From assembly GCA_963793305.1 (NCBI GenBank), contig CAWBZV010000003.1, positions 608,001-672,000 on the forward strand: a stretch of DNA of 64,000 bases, read 5' to 3'. Position numbers and translations under genes: made by a program. Of the stretch, positions 1 through 9,411 are shown one piece after another. Each line of letters begins with the position of its first letter. Positions within the stretch are counted from its first letter, which is position 1. Below the pieces are notes generated by a model, which was not told the DNA's origin, searched no databases, and worked only from the letters and a program-made list of their open reading frames with translations. The DNA comes from an uncultured Gemmatimonadales bacterium. Lineage in GTDB: Bacteria > Gemmatimonadota > Gemmatimonadetes > Gemmatimonadales > Gemmatimonadaceae.

Positions 1-594
1 GCGGACCGCGCGCTCTGCCGCCGCCGGCTTGCCGTTCGCGATGGCTTCGATCACCGCCTCATGCTCCCGCACCGACGATGAGACGTCACTCGACAAAAGC
101 CCGATGTACATCCTGATGTAGCGCTCCGCCTGCGGCTTGATCGAATCGTGCATGGCGACGAGCCGCAGCCCGCCCGCGGCGACCACGTACCGCCGGTGGA
201 ACTCCTCGTCGTGCCGATACAGCGCGTCCAAATCCATGTGCGCGGTCCCAAACGCCGCGTTCAGCCTGACGAGATCCTTAGCGATCGCCCCCCGCGTGCG
301 TTTCGGCAGGCGCGCCGACAACGCGGCGGCCAGCCCTTCGAGCGCGCCGACGATCACCAGGAGCTCCTCGGCGTCCGCCCGGGTAAGCGGCGCCACCGAC
401 AGCCGAGCCTGGTGAGCGCCGGGCTCGGCACGGACGTACCCCTCCTGCTGCAGCCGACGGAGCGCCTCCCGGACCGGCGTCCGGCTGATCCCGAGCCGCC
501 GGGCGACATCGGTCTCGATCAGCCGACCACCAGGCGCTAATCGGCCGCGGACAATGAGTTCGCGCAGCCGCTCATACGGCTCTTGGGAGAGCAT
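1..594 (-). CDS. GntR-family (FadR/FCD-type) transcriptional regulator, 3' end truncated by window edge
   Basis: Not in ORF track (no stop inside window). Manual translation from ATG at 594: MLSQEPYERLRELIVRGRLAPGGRLIETDVARRLGISRTPVREALRRLQQEGYV (GntR wHTH); C-terminal ...SVREHEAVIEAIANGKPAAAERAVR (FCD-like). Confidence 0.9.
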   Translation of the reverse strand, partial: MLSQEPYERLRELIVRGRLAPGGRLIETDVARRLGISRTPVREALRRLQQEGYVRAEPGAHQARLSVAPLTRADAEELLVIVGALEGLAAALSARLPKRTRGAIAKDLVRLNAAFGTAHMDLDALYRHDEEFHRRYVVAAGGLRLVAMHDSIKPQAERYIRMYIGLLSSDVSSSVREHEAVIEAIANGKPAAAERAVR

Positions 595-653
595 GTGTCC
601 CGTAAGCCTAACATGGGACACGGAAGTTCCCTCTGGCGAGATTGGCCACAGAA

Positions 654-663
654 TTGTATACAA
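654..663. promoter_or_regulatory. Perfect palindrome TTGTATACAA, candidate GntR operator
   Basis: AT-rich palindrome between the divergent GntR gene and the permease, 6 bp upstream of the permease ATG (670); matches the GT-N-AC symmetry of GntR-family sites. Confidence 0.6.
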
Positions 664-669
664 ATATGT

Positions 670-2091
670 ATGCAGAGTCTCTTCTACCGGAAGCCGCTGA
701 GCGCCCTCCGCGCCGAGTCCGAGCACAATCCCCTGCGCCGCTCGCTGGGACCGATCCAGCTCACGGCGCTCGGGATCGGCTCGATCATCGGCACCGGCAT
801 TTTCGTGTTCACCGGCACCGCCGCGCAAGACGCCGGCCCCGCGCTCGTGCTCTCGATGATGTTCGCCGCCTTGGGTTGCGCCGCCGCGGGACTCTGCTAC
901 GCGGAGCTGGCGTCGATGGTGCCGGTCGCCGGCAGCGCCTACACGTACGCCTACGCGACCGCCGGACAGCTGGTCGCCTGGATCATCGGCTGGGACTTGA
1001 TCCTCGAGTACTCGCTCGCCGTCTCGTCGATCGCCGTCGGCTGGTCCGGCTACTTCGTGAGCTTCCTCAAGGGGTTCGGCATCACCTTGCCGGCGAACCT
1101 CACGTCAGTCCCACACGGCGTGAACGTGCCGGCGTTCGTCATCGTGCTCGTCGTCGCGGCACTGTTGTCGAGCGGCATCCGCGAGTCGGCGCGGGCCAAC
1201 ACCGTGCTGGTGGCGATCAAGTCCGTCGTGCTGGTCGTGTTCGTCGTGGCCGGCATCAGCTTCGTCCGCAAGTCCAACCTGACGCCGTTCATTCCGCCGA
1301 ACACCGGCGAGTTCGGCCACTTCGGTGTGAGCGGCATATTGCGCGGCGCCGGGGTGATTTTCTTCGCGTTCATCGGGTTCGATGCCGTGTCCACCGCCGC
1401 GCAGGAAGCGAAGAATCCGCAAAAGGACATGCCCACGGGCATCCTGGCATCGCTCGCCATCTGCACGGTGCTCTACATCGCCGTCGCGCTCGTGCTCTGC
1501 GGGCTCGTGCCGTTTACCAAGCTCAATGTGCCCGATCCCCTCGCGGTCGGCATCGACGCCACGGGCCTCACGTGGCTCTCGCCGGTCATCAAGATCAGCG
1601 CGATCTTTGGGTTGTTCAGTACGATGCTGGTTCAGCTCTTGGGACAGACGCGCATCTTTTTCTTCATGAGCCGCGATGGGCTCTTGCCCGAGCTCTTCGG
1701 CCGTATCCATCCGAAAACACGCACGCCAGTGATCAGTACGATGCTGGTGGGCGTGCTATGCGCTCTCGCCGCGGCGCTCTTCCCCATCAGTACGCTCGGC
1801 GAGATGGTGAACATCGGGACGCTGCTCGCGTTCACGCTCGTCTCGATCGGAGTGTTACTCCTGCGGCGCTCCGACCCCGACGCCCCCCGGCCATTCCGCG
1901 TGCCGGGCGCGCCATGGGTGCCCATCATCGGCGCGGTGATCTGCGTCGCACAGATGGTGGGGCTCCCATGGCAAACTTGGGTTCGGCTGGTCGTCTGGCT
2001 CGTGATCGGCCTGACGGTCTACTTCTTACGGCGTCGGGGCCGCGTGCTTGCGCCGGCTCAGGAATTGGAAAAACTCGACTCCCTCGCGTAG
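670..2091 (+). CDS. Amino acid permease (APC superfamily, cationic amino acid transporter-like)
   Basis: GSIIGTGIF, CYAELASMVPVAGSAYTY and FAFIGFDAVSTAAQEAKNP motifs; many TM helices; start moved from 583 to ATG 670 (MQSLFYRKP). Confidence 0.92.
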   Translation: MQSLFYRKPLSALRAESEHNPLRRSLGPIQLTALGIGSIIGTGIFVFTGTAAQDAGPALVLSMMFAALGCAAAGLCYAELASMVPVAGSAYTYAYATAGQLVAWIIGWDLILEYSLAVSSIAVGWSGYFVSFLKGFGITLPANLTSVPHGVNVPAFVIVLVVAALLSSGIRESARANTVLVAIKSVVLVVFVVAGISFVRKSNLTPFIPPNTGEFGHFGVSGILRGAGVIFFAFIGFDAVSTAAQEAKNPQKDMPTGILASLAICTVLYIAVALVLCGLVPFTKLNVPDPLAVGIDATGLTWLSPVIKISAIFGLFSTMLVQLLGQTRIFFFMSRDGLLPELFGRIHPKTRTPVISTMLVGVLCALAAALFPISTLGEMVNIGTLLAFTLVSIGVLLLRRSDPDAPRPFRVPGAPWVPIIGAVICVAQMVGLPWQTWVRLVVWLVIGLTVYFLRRRGRVLAPAQELEKLDSLA

Positions 2092-3468
2092 CCGCCGCTT
2101 CGCCATCGTCGGGCTCATCAGCATCTCCAACGTCATCTCGGCGATCTTCCCGGCGCGGAAGTAGAACTTCTTGTACATCGTCTCGACCGAATCGAAGATC
2201 TCGGTCTGGCCGAGGTGGTCGTACGAGAGCGACGCGGTCTGGCGGCCGTGTTCGTCGACCAGGTGCGTGTTCTCGTCGTCCGGCGGGAGCCAGCCGTTCT
2301 CTTTCGCCTGGTTGTACAGGTACGTCCCCGGATACGGCGCGGCGATCGACACCTGGATCGTGTGCGGGTTGATCTCGCGCGCGTAGTTGATCGTTTCCTG
2401 GATGGTCTCTCGCGTCTCGCCCGGAAGCCCGAGAATAAACGTCCCGTGAATGGTTATTCCCAAATCCCGACAATCTTTGGTAAACCGTTTCGCGACGTCG
2501 ATCCGGAGACCCTTCTTGATGTTATTCAGGATCTCCTGATTCCCTGACTCGTATCCCACAAGCAGTAGCCGCAGGCCATTATCGCGCATGACCTTGAGCG
2601 TCTCGTACGGGACATTCGCCTTGGCATTGCACGACCAGGTCATCCCGAGCTTGCCGAGTCCCCGCGCGATTTCTTCCGTGCGCGGCCGGTCATCGGTGAA
2701 CGTGTCATCGTCGAAAAACACTTCCTCGGCTTGCGGGAAGTATTTCGGGATGAGCGCCATTTCTTCGAGGACATGCCCGACGCTGCGCGTGCGATAGCGA
2801 TGGCCACCGACCGTCTGCGGCCAGAGACAGAACGTGCACTTCGAGCGGCACCCACGGCCCGTGTACAGTGACACGTACGGGTGCTTGAGATACCCAATGA
2901 AATAATCTTCGACCTTGAGATCGCGCTTGTAGACATCGACCACGAACGGCAGCTGGTCCATGTTCTCGAGAATCGCGCGATGTGGCGTGCTGACCGCGCG
3001 ACCTTGGTCGTCGCGATACGTCACGCCGTCGACCGTGGAAAGCGGGCGACCTTCGGCGATTTCTTTAATCGTGAAGTCGAACTCCTCACGCGCGACGAAG
3101 TCGATCACCGGTGAGGCGAGTAGTGACTTGTCGGGCTCGACCGCGACCTTGGCGCCCACAAACCCGATCATGAGGCTCGGGTTTTCGCGCTTGAGGGCCT
3201 CGGCGACCTTGACGTCCCCCGGGAACGATGGCGAGCTCGTGTGTAGGACAGCCAGCTCGTAGTCTTTCGCGAGCGTAAGCACTTGCTGCAACGACAGGCC
3301 GGCCGCGGGGGCGTCGACGAGCTTGCTGTCGGGCACCAGCGCCGCGGGCTGTGCGAGCCACGTCGGGTACCAGAACGAGCGCACCTCGCGCTTCGCCTGA
3401 TATCGCGAGCCGGCCCCACCGTCGAATCCCTCATACGAGGGAGGGTGCAAAAAGAGCGTGCGCATCAT
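2026..3468 (-). CDS. hpnJ: Hopanoid biosynthesis radical SAM protein HpnJ
   Basis: N-terminus LHPPSYEGFDGGAGSRYQAKRE typical of HpnJ; GRGCRSKCTFC CxxxCxxC motif; hopanoid gene context. Confidence 0.92.
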   Translation of the reverse strand: MMRTLFLHPPSYEGFDGGAGSRYQAKREVRSFWYPTWLAQPAALVPDSKLVDAPAAGLSLQQVLTLAKDYELAVLHTSSPSFPGDVKVAEALKRENPSLMIGFVGAKVAVEPDKSLLASPVIDFVAREEFDFTIKEIAEGRPLSTVDGVTYRDDQGRAVSTPHRAILENMDQLPFVVDVYKRDLKVEDYFIGYLKHPYVSLYTGRGCRSKCTFCLWPQTVGGHRYRTRSVGHVLEEMALIPKYFPQAEEVFFDDDTFTDDRPRTEEIARGLGKLGMTWSCNAKANVPYETLKVMRDNGLRLLLVGYESGNQEILNNIKKGLRIDVAKRFTKDCRDLGITIHGTFILGLPGETRETIQETINYAREINPHTIQVSIAAPYPGTYLYNQAKENGWLPPDDENTHLVDEHGRQTASLSYDHLGQTEIFDSVETMYKKFYFRAGKIAEMTLEMLMSPTMAKRRLREGVEFFQFLSRRKHAAPTP

Positions 3469-4650
3469 TTAAGCGTAACTCTCCTCTCTCGTGCGGAGAA
3501 CTCCATCAGGTCTCACCCATAGCTCAGTACCGCGCCACGTCACACGGCGGCTCGCGTAACTCATCACCCACATCCCGAACGACAGGATATCGCGAATCGG
3601 CACGAGCCACACGAGATACCACGGCCGCTCTTGGTCGACCGCGACGCGATCGGGATCCCACGCTGGGGGCCCCGAACTGACGTAATGTAGTATGACCCTC
3701 AAACCCACGGCGAGAGCCACCAACCCCAGCGACCAGCGGGCGAAATCGAAGGCCGCGCTCGCCAGCAGGGTGAGCGGCACGACATACGTCAGAAACGACA
3801 TCGCATGACCAACCGGCGTGACCGTGCGGATCGTGCGCAACCACCGCAGCTCGTGTCGGACGAGGTCCGTCAGTGTCGGCTCGTTGACCGTCGCGACGAC
3901 CTCATAGCGCGGGATCACGCACTTGAGGCCCAGCTGGCGCACGCGGAGCCCGAGCTCATAGTCGTCGGCCAGGAGCGGGGCCAAGACCTCGAACCCGCCG
4001 ACCGCGGTCAGCACCTCGCGACGCAGTGCCATCGTCGTGCCCGAGCAGTACGCGTTAGACCCGAGCGTGCTGGCCACGAGCACCGAAGGGATGAACCCCT
4101 CGTCGATGGCCAACGCCCCGAGCTCGGCCCACAAGCCGCCCGCGGGACGACCGCGATAGCTGCACGAGACGATGCCGACTGACGGATCTGTCAGTGGTTC
4201 GACCACACGCTCTAAGTAGTGAGGCCCGACCCGAATGTCGCTATCGTTGATCACGATCATATCGTATTTCGCGAACAGCTTGAGGTGCGCCAGCGTGTTG
4301 CATTTTCGATTCTCACCGATCCGCGTCGCGCCCGGAATAACCCGAATGTCGACGTGCGGATACTCGGCCGCCACACGACGCGCCACCTCGAGCGCCGGAT
4401 CGTTCGCGTCACGCGCGCCGAACAGGATCTCGTAGTTCGTGTGCGACTGCTCGCAGAACGATCGCAGGTTTTCGAGGAGACCCGGCTCGAGGCCACAGAG
4501 CGGCTTCAAGACGCTGACCGGTGGTAGCGGTTGTGGTGCGGCGAGGCGTGGTGTGCGCTTCCGCCAGATCAGTGTCACGAGCACGCTGAGCGCAACATAG
4601 ATGAGCGAAAAAACGGCGAGCACCAGTGCCGCAAAGGCAACGAATCCCAT
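3469..4650 (-). CDS. hpnI: Bacteriohopanetetrol glucosamine biosynthesis glycosyltransferase HpnI
   Basis: PVSVLKPLCG, DSD, LADDYELG and HELRWLRTIR ceramide-glucosyltransferase-like motifs; directly upstream of hpnJ. Confidence 0.88.
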   Translation of the reverse strand: MGFVAFAALVLAVFSLIYVALSVLVTLIWRKRTPRLAAPQPLPPVSVLKPLCGLEPGLLENLRSFCEQSHTNYEILFGARDANDPALEVARRVAAEYPHVDIRVIPGATRIGENRKCNTLAHLKLFAKYDMIVINDSDIRVGPHYLERVVEPLTDPSVGIVSCSYRGRPAGGLWAELGALAIDEGFIPSVLVASTLGSNAYCSGTTMALRREVLTAVGGFEVLAPLLADDYELGLRVRQLGLKCVIPRYEVVATVNEPTLTDLVRHELRWLRTIRTVTPVGHAMSFLTYVVPLTLLASAAFDFARWSLGLVALAVGLRVILHYVSSGPPAWDPDRVAVDQERPWYLVWLVPIRDILSFGMWVMSYASRRVTWRGTELWVRPDGVLRTREESYA

Positions 4651-4684
4651 GGTAAGACCTATTGCTCCTGGCTAACTTCGGAAC

Positions 4685-5848
4685 TTGGACGGGCTGTCCC
4701 AGCTTAGAATCCCCGTCTGCCCCATTCCTGTTCCCGATTTCGTTTTGAGCTTATCTGCCTCGCGCGTCCGCGCCGCGCTTTGGATCGCGGCTGGCGCCGG
4801 TCTCCTCGCCGCCGTTCTGCTCGTACTCCGCGAGGGGCTTCCCGACATCCTACGGTTGCTAGATGTGGCTGGCTGGCGCCTCTTGTGGCTAGTGCCGGCC
4901 CATGTCCTGCCGTTGGCCTGTTTCGCTGCAGCCTGGTTGGTTCTGCTACGGCCTGAAAGCTCGGCGCAGCCGAGCTCTTTCCAACCGACCAGTCGAGCAG
5001 CGCGATCAGCGCTGCATCGACGTGCCGCGGAGCGGCAACCGGGAATCATTTATCTCACTTGGGGGGCAATAGTTCGAGAAGCAGTCGCTGGACTATTGCC
5101 CGTCGCGCGGGTCGGCGGCGAGGTCGTCGGTGTCCGCCTCCTGGTACGTCGTGGTGTCCCAGCGTCCACTGCAAGTGCCAGCGTCATTGTGGAACTGACC
5201 CTTACAATGGTCGCCCAGGTCACCTTCGCGACCATTGGTTTGATATTGCTCGCCGGCTACCCCACGGTGGGACCAGCCGTTCGAGTAGTTGCGATAGGCC
5301 TCGTGATCAGCGTGATTGCCATTCCCCTATTCGTCCTCGTTGTCAAACGATGGGGGCGATCGGCCTTCGCGCTCATGCAACGCGTGATCGGTGCGCTCGG
5401 CGGCGGGGAGCAGGTCGGGGGCGACCCCGCGCGGTTTCACGAAGTACTCCATTCGATGTATGCCGACCGCATCGCGGTCGTGGCGTGCGGCGTATGGCAA
5501 CTGGTAGGATTCCTGGTCGGCGCCTTCGAGACCTGGTTGGCGCTTCGGTTACTCGGTCTGTCTGGTGATGTACGGATGGCGATTGTGCTCGAAAGTCTGG
5601 CGACGGCGGTCCAAAGCGCGACCTTCATGGTACCCGGTGGCCTCGGGACGCAAGAGGGCGGGTTCGTTTTGTTTGGCGCGGCGGTCGGATTGACCCCGCA
5701 GGTCTCCCTGGCGTTGAGTTTGGCACGCCGGATGCGGCAGGTAGTGCTCGGGCTCCCGGCCCTTCTGTCGTGGTACTGGACCGAGCGGAACTCTGACCGG
5801 TCCAGCCGCATTCCCTACTCGGGACCTACAGGAGCCGATGAGTACTGA
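4685..5848 (+). CDS. hpnL: HpnL-like membrane protein (lysylphosphatidylglycerol synthase TM/flippase-like domain); true start may be TTG 4745; carries an in-frame repeat insertion
   Basis: Multi-TM; REAVAGLLPVARVGGEVVG and FMVPGGLGTQEGG motifs; hopanoid cluster context. Confidence 0.75.
   Translation: MDGLSQLRIPVCPIPVPDFVLSLSASRVRAALWIAAGAGLLAAVLLVLREGLPDILRLLDVAGWRLLWLVPAHVLPLACFAAAWLVLLRPESSAQPSSFQPTSRAARSALHRRAAERQPGIIYLTWGAIVREAVAGLLPVARVGGEVVGVRLLVRRGVPASTASASVIVELTLTMVAQVTFATIGLILLAGYPTVGPAVRVVAIGLVISVIAIPLFVLVVKRWGRSAFALMQRVIGALGGGEQVGGDPARFHEVLHSMYADRIAVVACGVWQLVGFLVGAFETWLALRLLGLSGDVRMAIVLESLATAVQSATFMVPGGLGTQEGGFVLFGAAVGLTPQVSLALSLARRMRQVVLGLPALLSWYWTERNSDRSSRIPYSGPTGADEY
4958..5036 (+). 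repeat. Dispersed multi-hairpin repeat, copy 1 (in frame within hpnL)
   Basis: AGCTCGGC-GCA-GCCGAGCT...CCAACCGACCAGTCGAGCAGCGC...GCGCTGCATCGAC...GCCGC-GGA-GCGGC; shares core with copies at 14.5, 19.1, 21.8 and 26.8 kb. Confidence 0.85.
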
Positions 5849-6818
5849 CGCAGGAGCCTTGCAGGACCGCTTGCTGCCGGGCGTCTCGCGAACCTTCGCG
5901 TTGACGATTCCACAGCTGCCGCCCGCGCTACGTTCGGTCGTCGCCAACGCATATCTGCTCTGTCGGATTGCAGATACGATCGAGGACGAGGTCGCGCTGT
6001 CGGCCGAGGAGAAATTGCGGTTCTCGGACTGGTTTATCGATATCGTGGCGGGCCGGAAGCCCGCCGCGCCGTTCGCCCATGAGCTCGAACCGCTGTTGGC
6101 GGCATCGACCTCGGACGATGAGCGGGAGCTCATCCGCGAGACGCCGGGAGTTATTCGGGTCACGGCCTCGTTTGGTCCGCGTCAGCGAGCGGCCTTGGAA
6201 CGGTGCATCCGCATCATGTGCGATGGCATGCCCCGGTTTCAGCGGCACGCCAGTCTCGCGGGACTGTCGGACGTCGCCGAGCTCGATTCGTACTGCTACT
6301 ACGTGGCCGGCGTCGTTGGCGAGATGCTGACAGAGCTCTTCTGTGCCTACTCGCCCGAGATCGAAGCCCGTCGCGAGCAACTCGCGCCGCTCGCCGTCTC
6401 GTTCGGCCTCGGGCTCCAGATGACCAACATCATCAAGGACGTGTGGGACGATCGCCGGCGCGGCGTCTCGTGGATGCCGCGTGATGTGTCGATCGACGAA
6501 GTCATTGGCATCGCCCACCAACACCTCCGGGACGCCCTCTCCTACACCTTGGCGATTCCCAGAAGCGAAACCGGGATCCGGCGTTTTCTATTGTGGGCTT
6601 TGGGATTAGCGGTATTGACGTTGCGGAAGGTCCATGGAAACCCAACTTTCCTCTCGGGGCAGAGCGTGAAGGTCTCACGCCGGACAGTCCGCGCGACGGT
6701 ATTCGTCACGTCAGTTTTGGTGCGGAATGACCGGCTACTGTCACGCTTGTTCGAGCGCGCGGCCGAAGGGCTGCCGCTCACGCCACTGTCCCTGTCACCT
6801 GTTGCTTCGGTCGCATGA
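5838..6818 (+). CDS. Squalene/phytoene synthase family protein, resembling single-enzyme squalene synthase (FPP farnesyltransferase)
   Basis: LLPGVSRTFALTIPQLP, YLLCRIADTIED, YCYYVAGVVG and GLGLQMTNIIKD motifs; directly upstream of shc. Confidence 0.85.
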   Translation: MSTDAGALQDRLLPGVSRTFALTIPQLPPALRSVVANAYLLCRIADTIEDEVALSAEEKLRFSDWFIDIVAGRKPAAPFAHELEPLLAASTSDDERELIRETPGVIRVTASFGPRQRAALERCIRIMCDGMPRFQRHASLAGLSDVAELDSYCYYVAGVVGEMLTELFCAYSPEIEARREQLAPLAVSFGLGLQMTNIIKDVWDDRRRGVSWMPRDVSIDEVIGIAHQHLRDALSYTLAIPRSETGIRRFLLWALGLAVLTLRKVHGNPTFLSGQSVKVSRRTVRATVFVTSVLVRNDRLLSRLFERAAEGLPLTPLSLSPVASVA

Positions 6819-8755
6819 GCTCATCTCTCGTCAGCGTCATTGATATAGAATCACAACCGGATCCAAGCGCACTGGAGGCGGGGATTGCCCGCGCGTCCAA
6901 GGCGCTGATCGCGCAGCAGGATAGTGAGGGGTATTGGCGGTTCGATCTCGAGGCCGATTGCACGATCACGGCCGAGTACATCCTGATGATGCACTTTATG
7001 GACGAGATCGACTCGCCACTGCAAACGCGGCTCGCCAAGCACCTGCGAGCGAAGCAGGAAGCGCACGGTGGCTGGGGCTTGTTCCACGGCGGCGCGTTCG
7101 ACCTCTCATGCTCGGTCAAGTGTTACTACGCGCTCAAGATGGCCGGCGAGAGCCCCGAAGCGCCGTACATGTTGCGCGCGAAGCGGGCCATCTTGGCACA
7201 TGGTGGCGCCGCCAAAGCCAACGTGTTCACGCGCATCACCCTGGCGCTGTTCGAGCAGATCCCCTGGCGCGGGTGTCCGTTCCTCCCCGTCGAGATCGTG
7301 CTCCTGCCGCGGTGGTTCCCGTTTCATCTCACGAAAGTCTCGTACTGGTCGCGCACCGTCATGGTGCCGCTGGCCATTCTGTGCAGCTTGAAGCTCCGCG
7401 CCCGCAACCCGCGCCGCGTCGACATCCGTGAGCTGTTCGTCACGCCGCCGGAAAAAGAGAAAGAATATTTCCCGGCGCGATCGACACTGAGTCGCGCGTT
7501 CGCGGCACTAGACGCCATCGGTCGGAAAAGCGAGGCGCGGATTCCCAACGCTGCTCGTCGTCGCGCGTTGCTCCGCGCCACGCGCTGGTTCACCGCCCGC
7601 CTCAACGGCACCAATGGACTCGGCGGCATCTTCCCCGCGATGGTCAACGCGTACGAAGCACTCGCCGCCTTGGGATACGGCTACGATCACCCATATCGCG
7701 TGCAGGCGAGAGAGGCGCTCAAGAAATTACTCGTGGTCGGCGAAGAGACCGCCTACTGCCAGCCGTGCGTCTCACCAGTGTGGGATACCGCACTGGCCAC
7801 GCTCGCTCTCCAGGAAGTCGGTGATGAGGCGGCGGAAGTCGCGGCCGACCGGGCGCTCGACTGGTGCGTCTCCAAGCAGCTCAAAGAGGCTCAGCCTGGC
7901 GATTGGCGGGACGTACGACCGGGCGTCCGAGGCGGCGGCTGGGCGTTCCAGTTCGCGAATCCCCACTATCCCGATCTCGACGACACGTCAGCGGTCGCCT
8001 GGGCCATGTCGCAGTCCGGCTCCCGCGCGCGCTATAAGGAGTCCATGGCCTCGGCGGCCGAATGGATCGTCGGGATGCAAAGTCGAAACGGTGGGTTCGG
8101 TGCGTTCGATGCCGACAACACCGCGCGGTATCTCAATCAGATTCCGTTCGCGGATCACGGCGCGCTGCTCGATCCGCCCACGAGCGACGTCAGCGCGCGC
8201 TGTGCGCTGGCGCTCGCACGCTACGGCCGGCCTGAGCATCGGTTCGCGTTGACGCGCTGTCTCGCGTTCTTGCGGGACGAACAGGAGCCCGCGGGCTCTT
8301 GGTTCGGGCGCTGGGGAACCAACTACGTCTACGGCACGTGGTCGGTGCTGACGGCGCTGGAACAGGCCGGCGGGCCCGCTGATCGCGCGGTGATCGCGCG
8401 TGGCGCGGCATGGCTCGAGAATCGGCAGAATGCCGACGGTGGCTGGGGCGAGTCGAACGAGAGCTACTGGGACCAGGGCTGCGTTTCCCGGCGCGATCCC
8501 AGCACCGCATGTCAGACTGCCTGGGGTGTCCTTGGGCTTCTTGCTGCCGGGGAGGTCGATTCGGCCGCGGTGCGGCGCGGGGTCGCGTATCTCCTCTCGC
8601 GGCAGGACGCGGACGGGCAGTGGGACGATCCGTGGTTCAACGCGCCCGGGTTCCCGCGAGTGTTCTTCCTCAAGTACCACGGGTACGCCAAGTACTTCCC
8701 GTTGTGGGCGCTGGCGCGATACCGCACGCTGACGCGCTCAGGCGCGGCGGCGTGA
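6815..8755 (+). CDS. shc: Squalene-hopene cyclase
   Basis: YPDLDDT catalytic DxDD motif; QW repeats (QNADGGWGES); GRWGTNYVYG; GFPRVFFLKYHGY. Confidence 0.97.
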   Translation: MSSSLVSVIDIESQPDPSALEAGIARASKALIAQQDSEGYWRFDLEADCTITAEYILMMHFMDEIDSPLQTRLAKHLRAKQEAHGGWGLFHGGAFDLSCSVKCYYALKMAGESPEAPYMLRAKRAILAHGGAAKANVFTRITLALFEQIPWRGCPFLPVEIVLLPRWFPFHLTKVSYWSRTVMVPLAILCSLKLRARNPRRVDIRELFVTPPEKEKEYFPARSTLSRAFAALDAIGRKSEARIPNAARRRALLRATRWFTARLNGTNGLGGIFPAMVNAYEALAALGYGYDHPYRVQAREALKKLLVVGEETAYCQPCVSPVWDTALATLALQEVGDEAAEVAADRALDWCVSKQLKEAQPGDWRDVRPGVRGGGWAFQFANPHYPDLDDTSAVAWAMSQSGSRARYKESMASAAEWIVGMQSRNGGFGAFDADNTARYLNQIPFADHGALLDPPTSDVSARCALALARYGRPEHRFALTRCLAFLRDEQEPAGSWFGRWGTNYVYGTWSVLTALEQAGGPADRAVIARGAAWLENRQNADGGWGESNESYWDQGCVSRRDPSTACQTAWGVLGLLAAGEVDSAAVRRGVAYLLSRQDADGQWDDPWFNAPGFPRVFFLKYHGYAKYFPLWALARYRTLTRSGAAA

Positions 8756-9411
8756 CCGGCGTCGTCGCTGCACTTCCGGCCGAGGCGCGGTGGCTGCGAG
8801 CGTCGGCGCTCGAAGTGCGCGTGGGAGGTATCGGCGCCGAGCACGCGCGGCGGACCGCACGAGCGTTCGTCGCTGACGGAGCGAAAGCGCTCATCTCCTG
8901 GGGCACGGCCGCCGCACTCGCTCCCTCGCTCGCCGTCGGGACTCTGATCCTCGCTGATCGCGTCGTCGGTGACAACGACAGTGTGCCGCTCGTGCCGGAC
9001 CTCGCGTGGACTGCGCGCGTCGCGCTTGCGCTGCGCGGCATCGTCCCCGTCGTGCGCGGCACGCTGGCTTGTCCCGTCGAGGTATTGCGGAGCGCCAAGG
9101 AGAAGCGCGCGCTGGCCGATCAATGTGGCGCGATCGCGGCTGACATGGAGAGTGCGGCGATCGGCGCTGTGGCACGAGAGGCGGGGGCGCCATGGATCGT
9201 CGTGCGCGCGATCTCTGATGCGGCCGACACGGTCGTGCCGGCGAGTGTGGTGACCGCCATCGATCGCTCCGGCGCGCTGAGCCTCGTGCGACTGCTCGGC
9301 GCCCTGATCCAGAATCCCGGCGACATCGCGGCCCTCCCGACGCTGGCGCGGGGGATGCGGCTCGCGGGCCGGACGATGATGAGCGTCGCGCCGGTGCTGG
9401 AGGGCGCGTGA
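8752..9411 (+). CDS. hpnG: Hopanoid-associated nucleoside phosphorylase HpnG
   Basis: GTG at 8752 overlaps shc TGA; ADMESAAI and VVRAISD PNP/MTA-nucleosidase motifs. Confidence 0.8.
   Translation: MTGVVAALPAEARWLRASALEVRVGGIGAEHARRTARAFVADGAKALISWGTAAALAPSLAVGTLILADRVVGDNDSVPLVPDLAWTARVALALRGIVPVVRGTLACPVEVLRSAKEKRALADQCGAIAADMESAAIGAVAREAGAPWIVVRAISDAADTVVPASVVTAIDRSGALSLVRLLGALIQNPGDIAALPTLARGMRLAGRTMMSVAPVLEGA

Noticed and set aside
642..2372. 576-aa alternative-frame ORF and similar long Arg/Ala-rich ORFs (11169-12575, 14246-15565, 56345-58204 and others)
   Set aside because: Shadow ORFs expected in high-GC DNA; they overlap well-supported genes and lack recognisable motifs.
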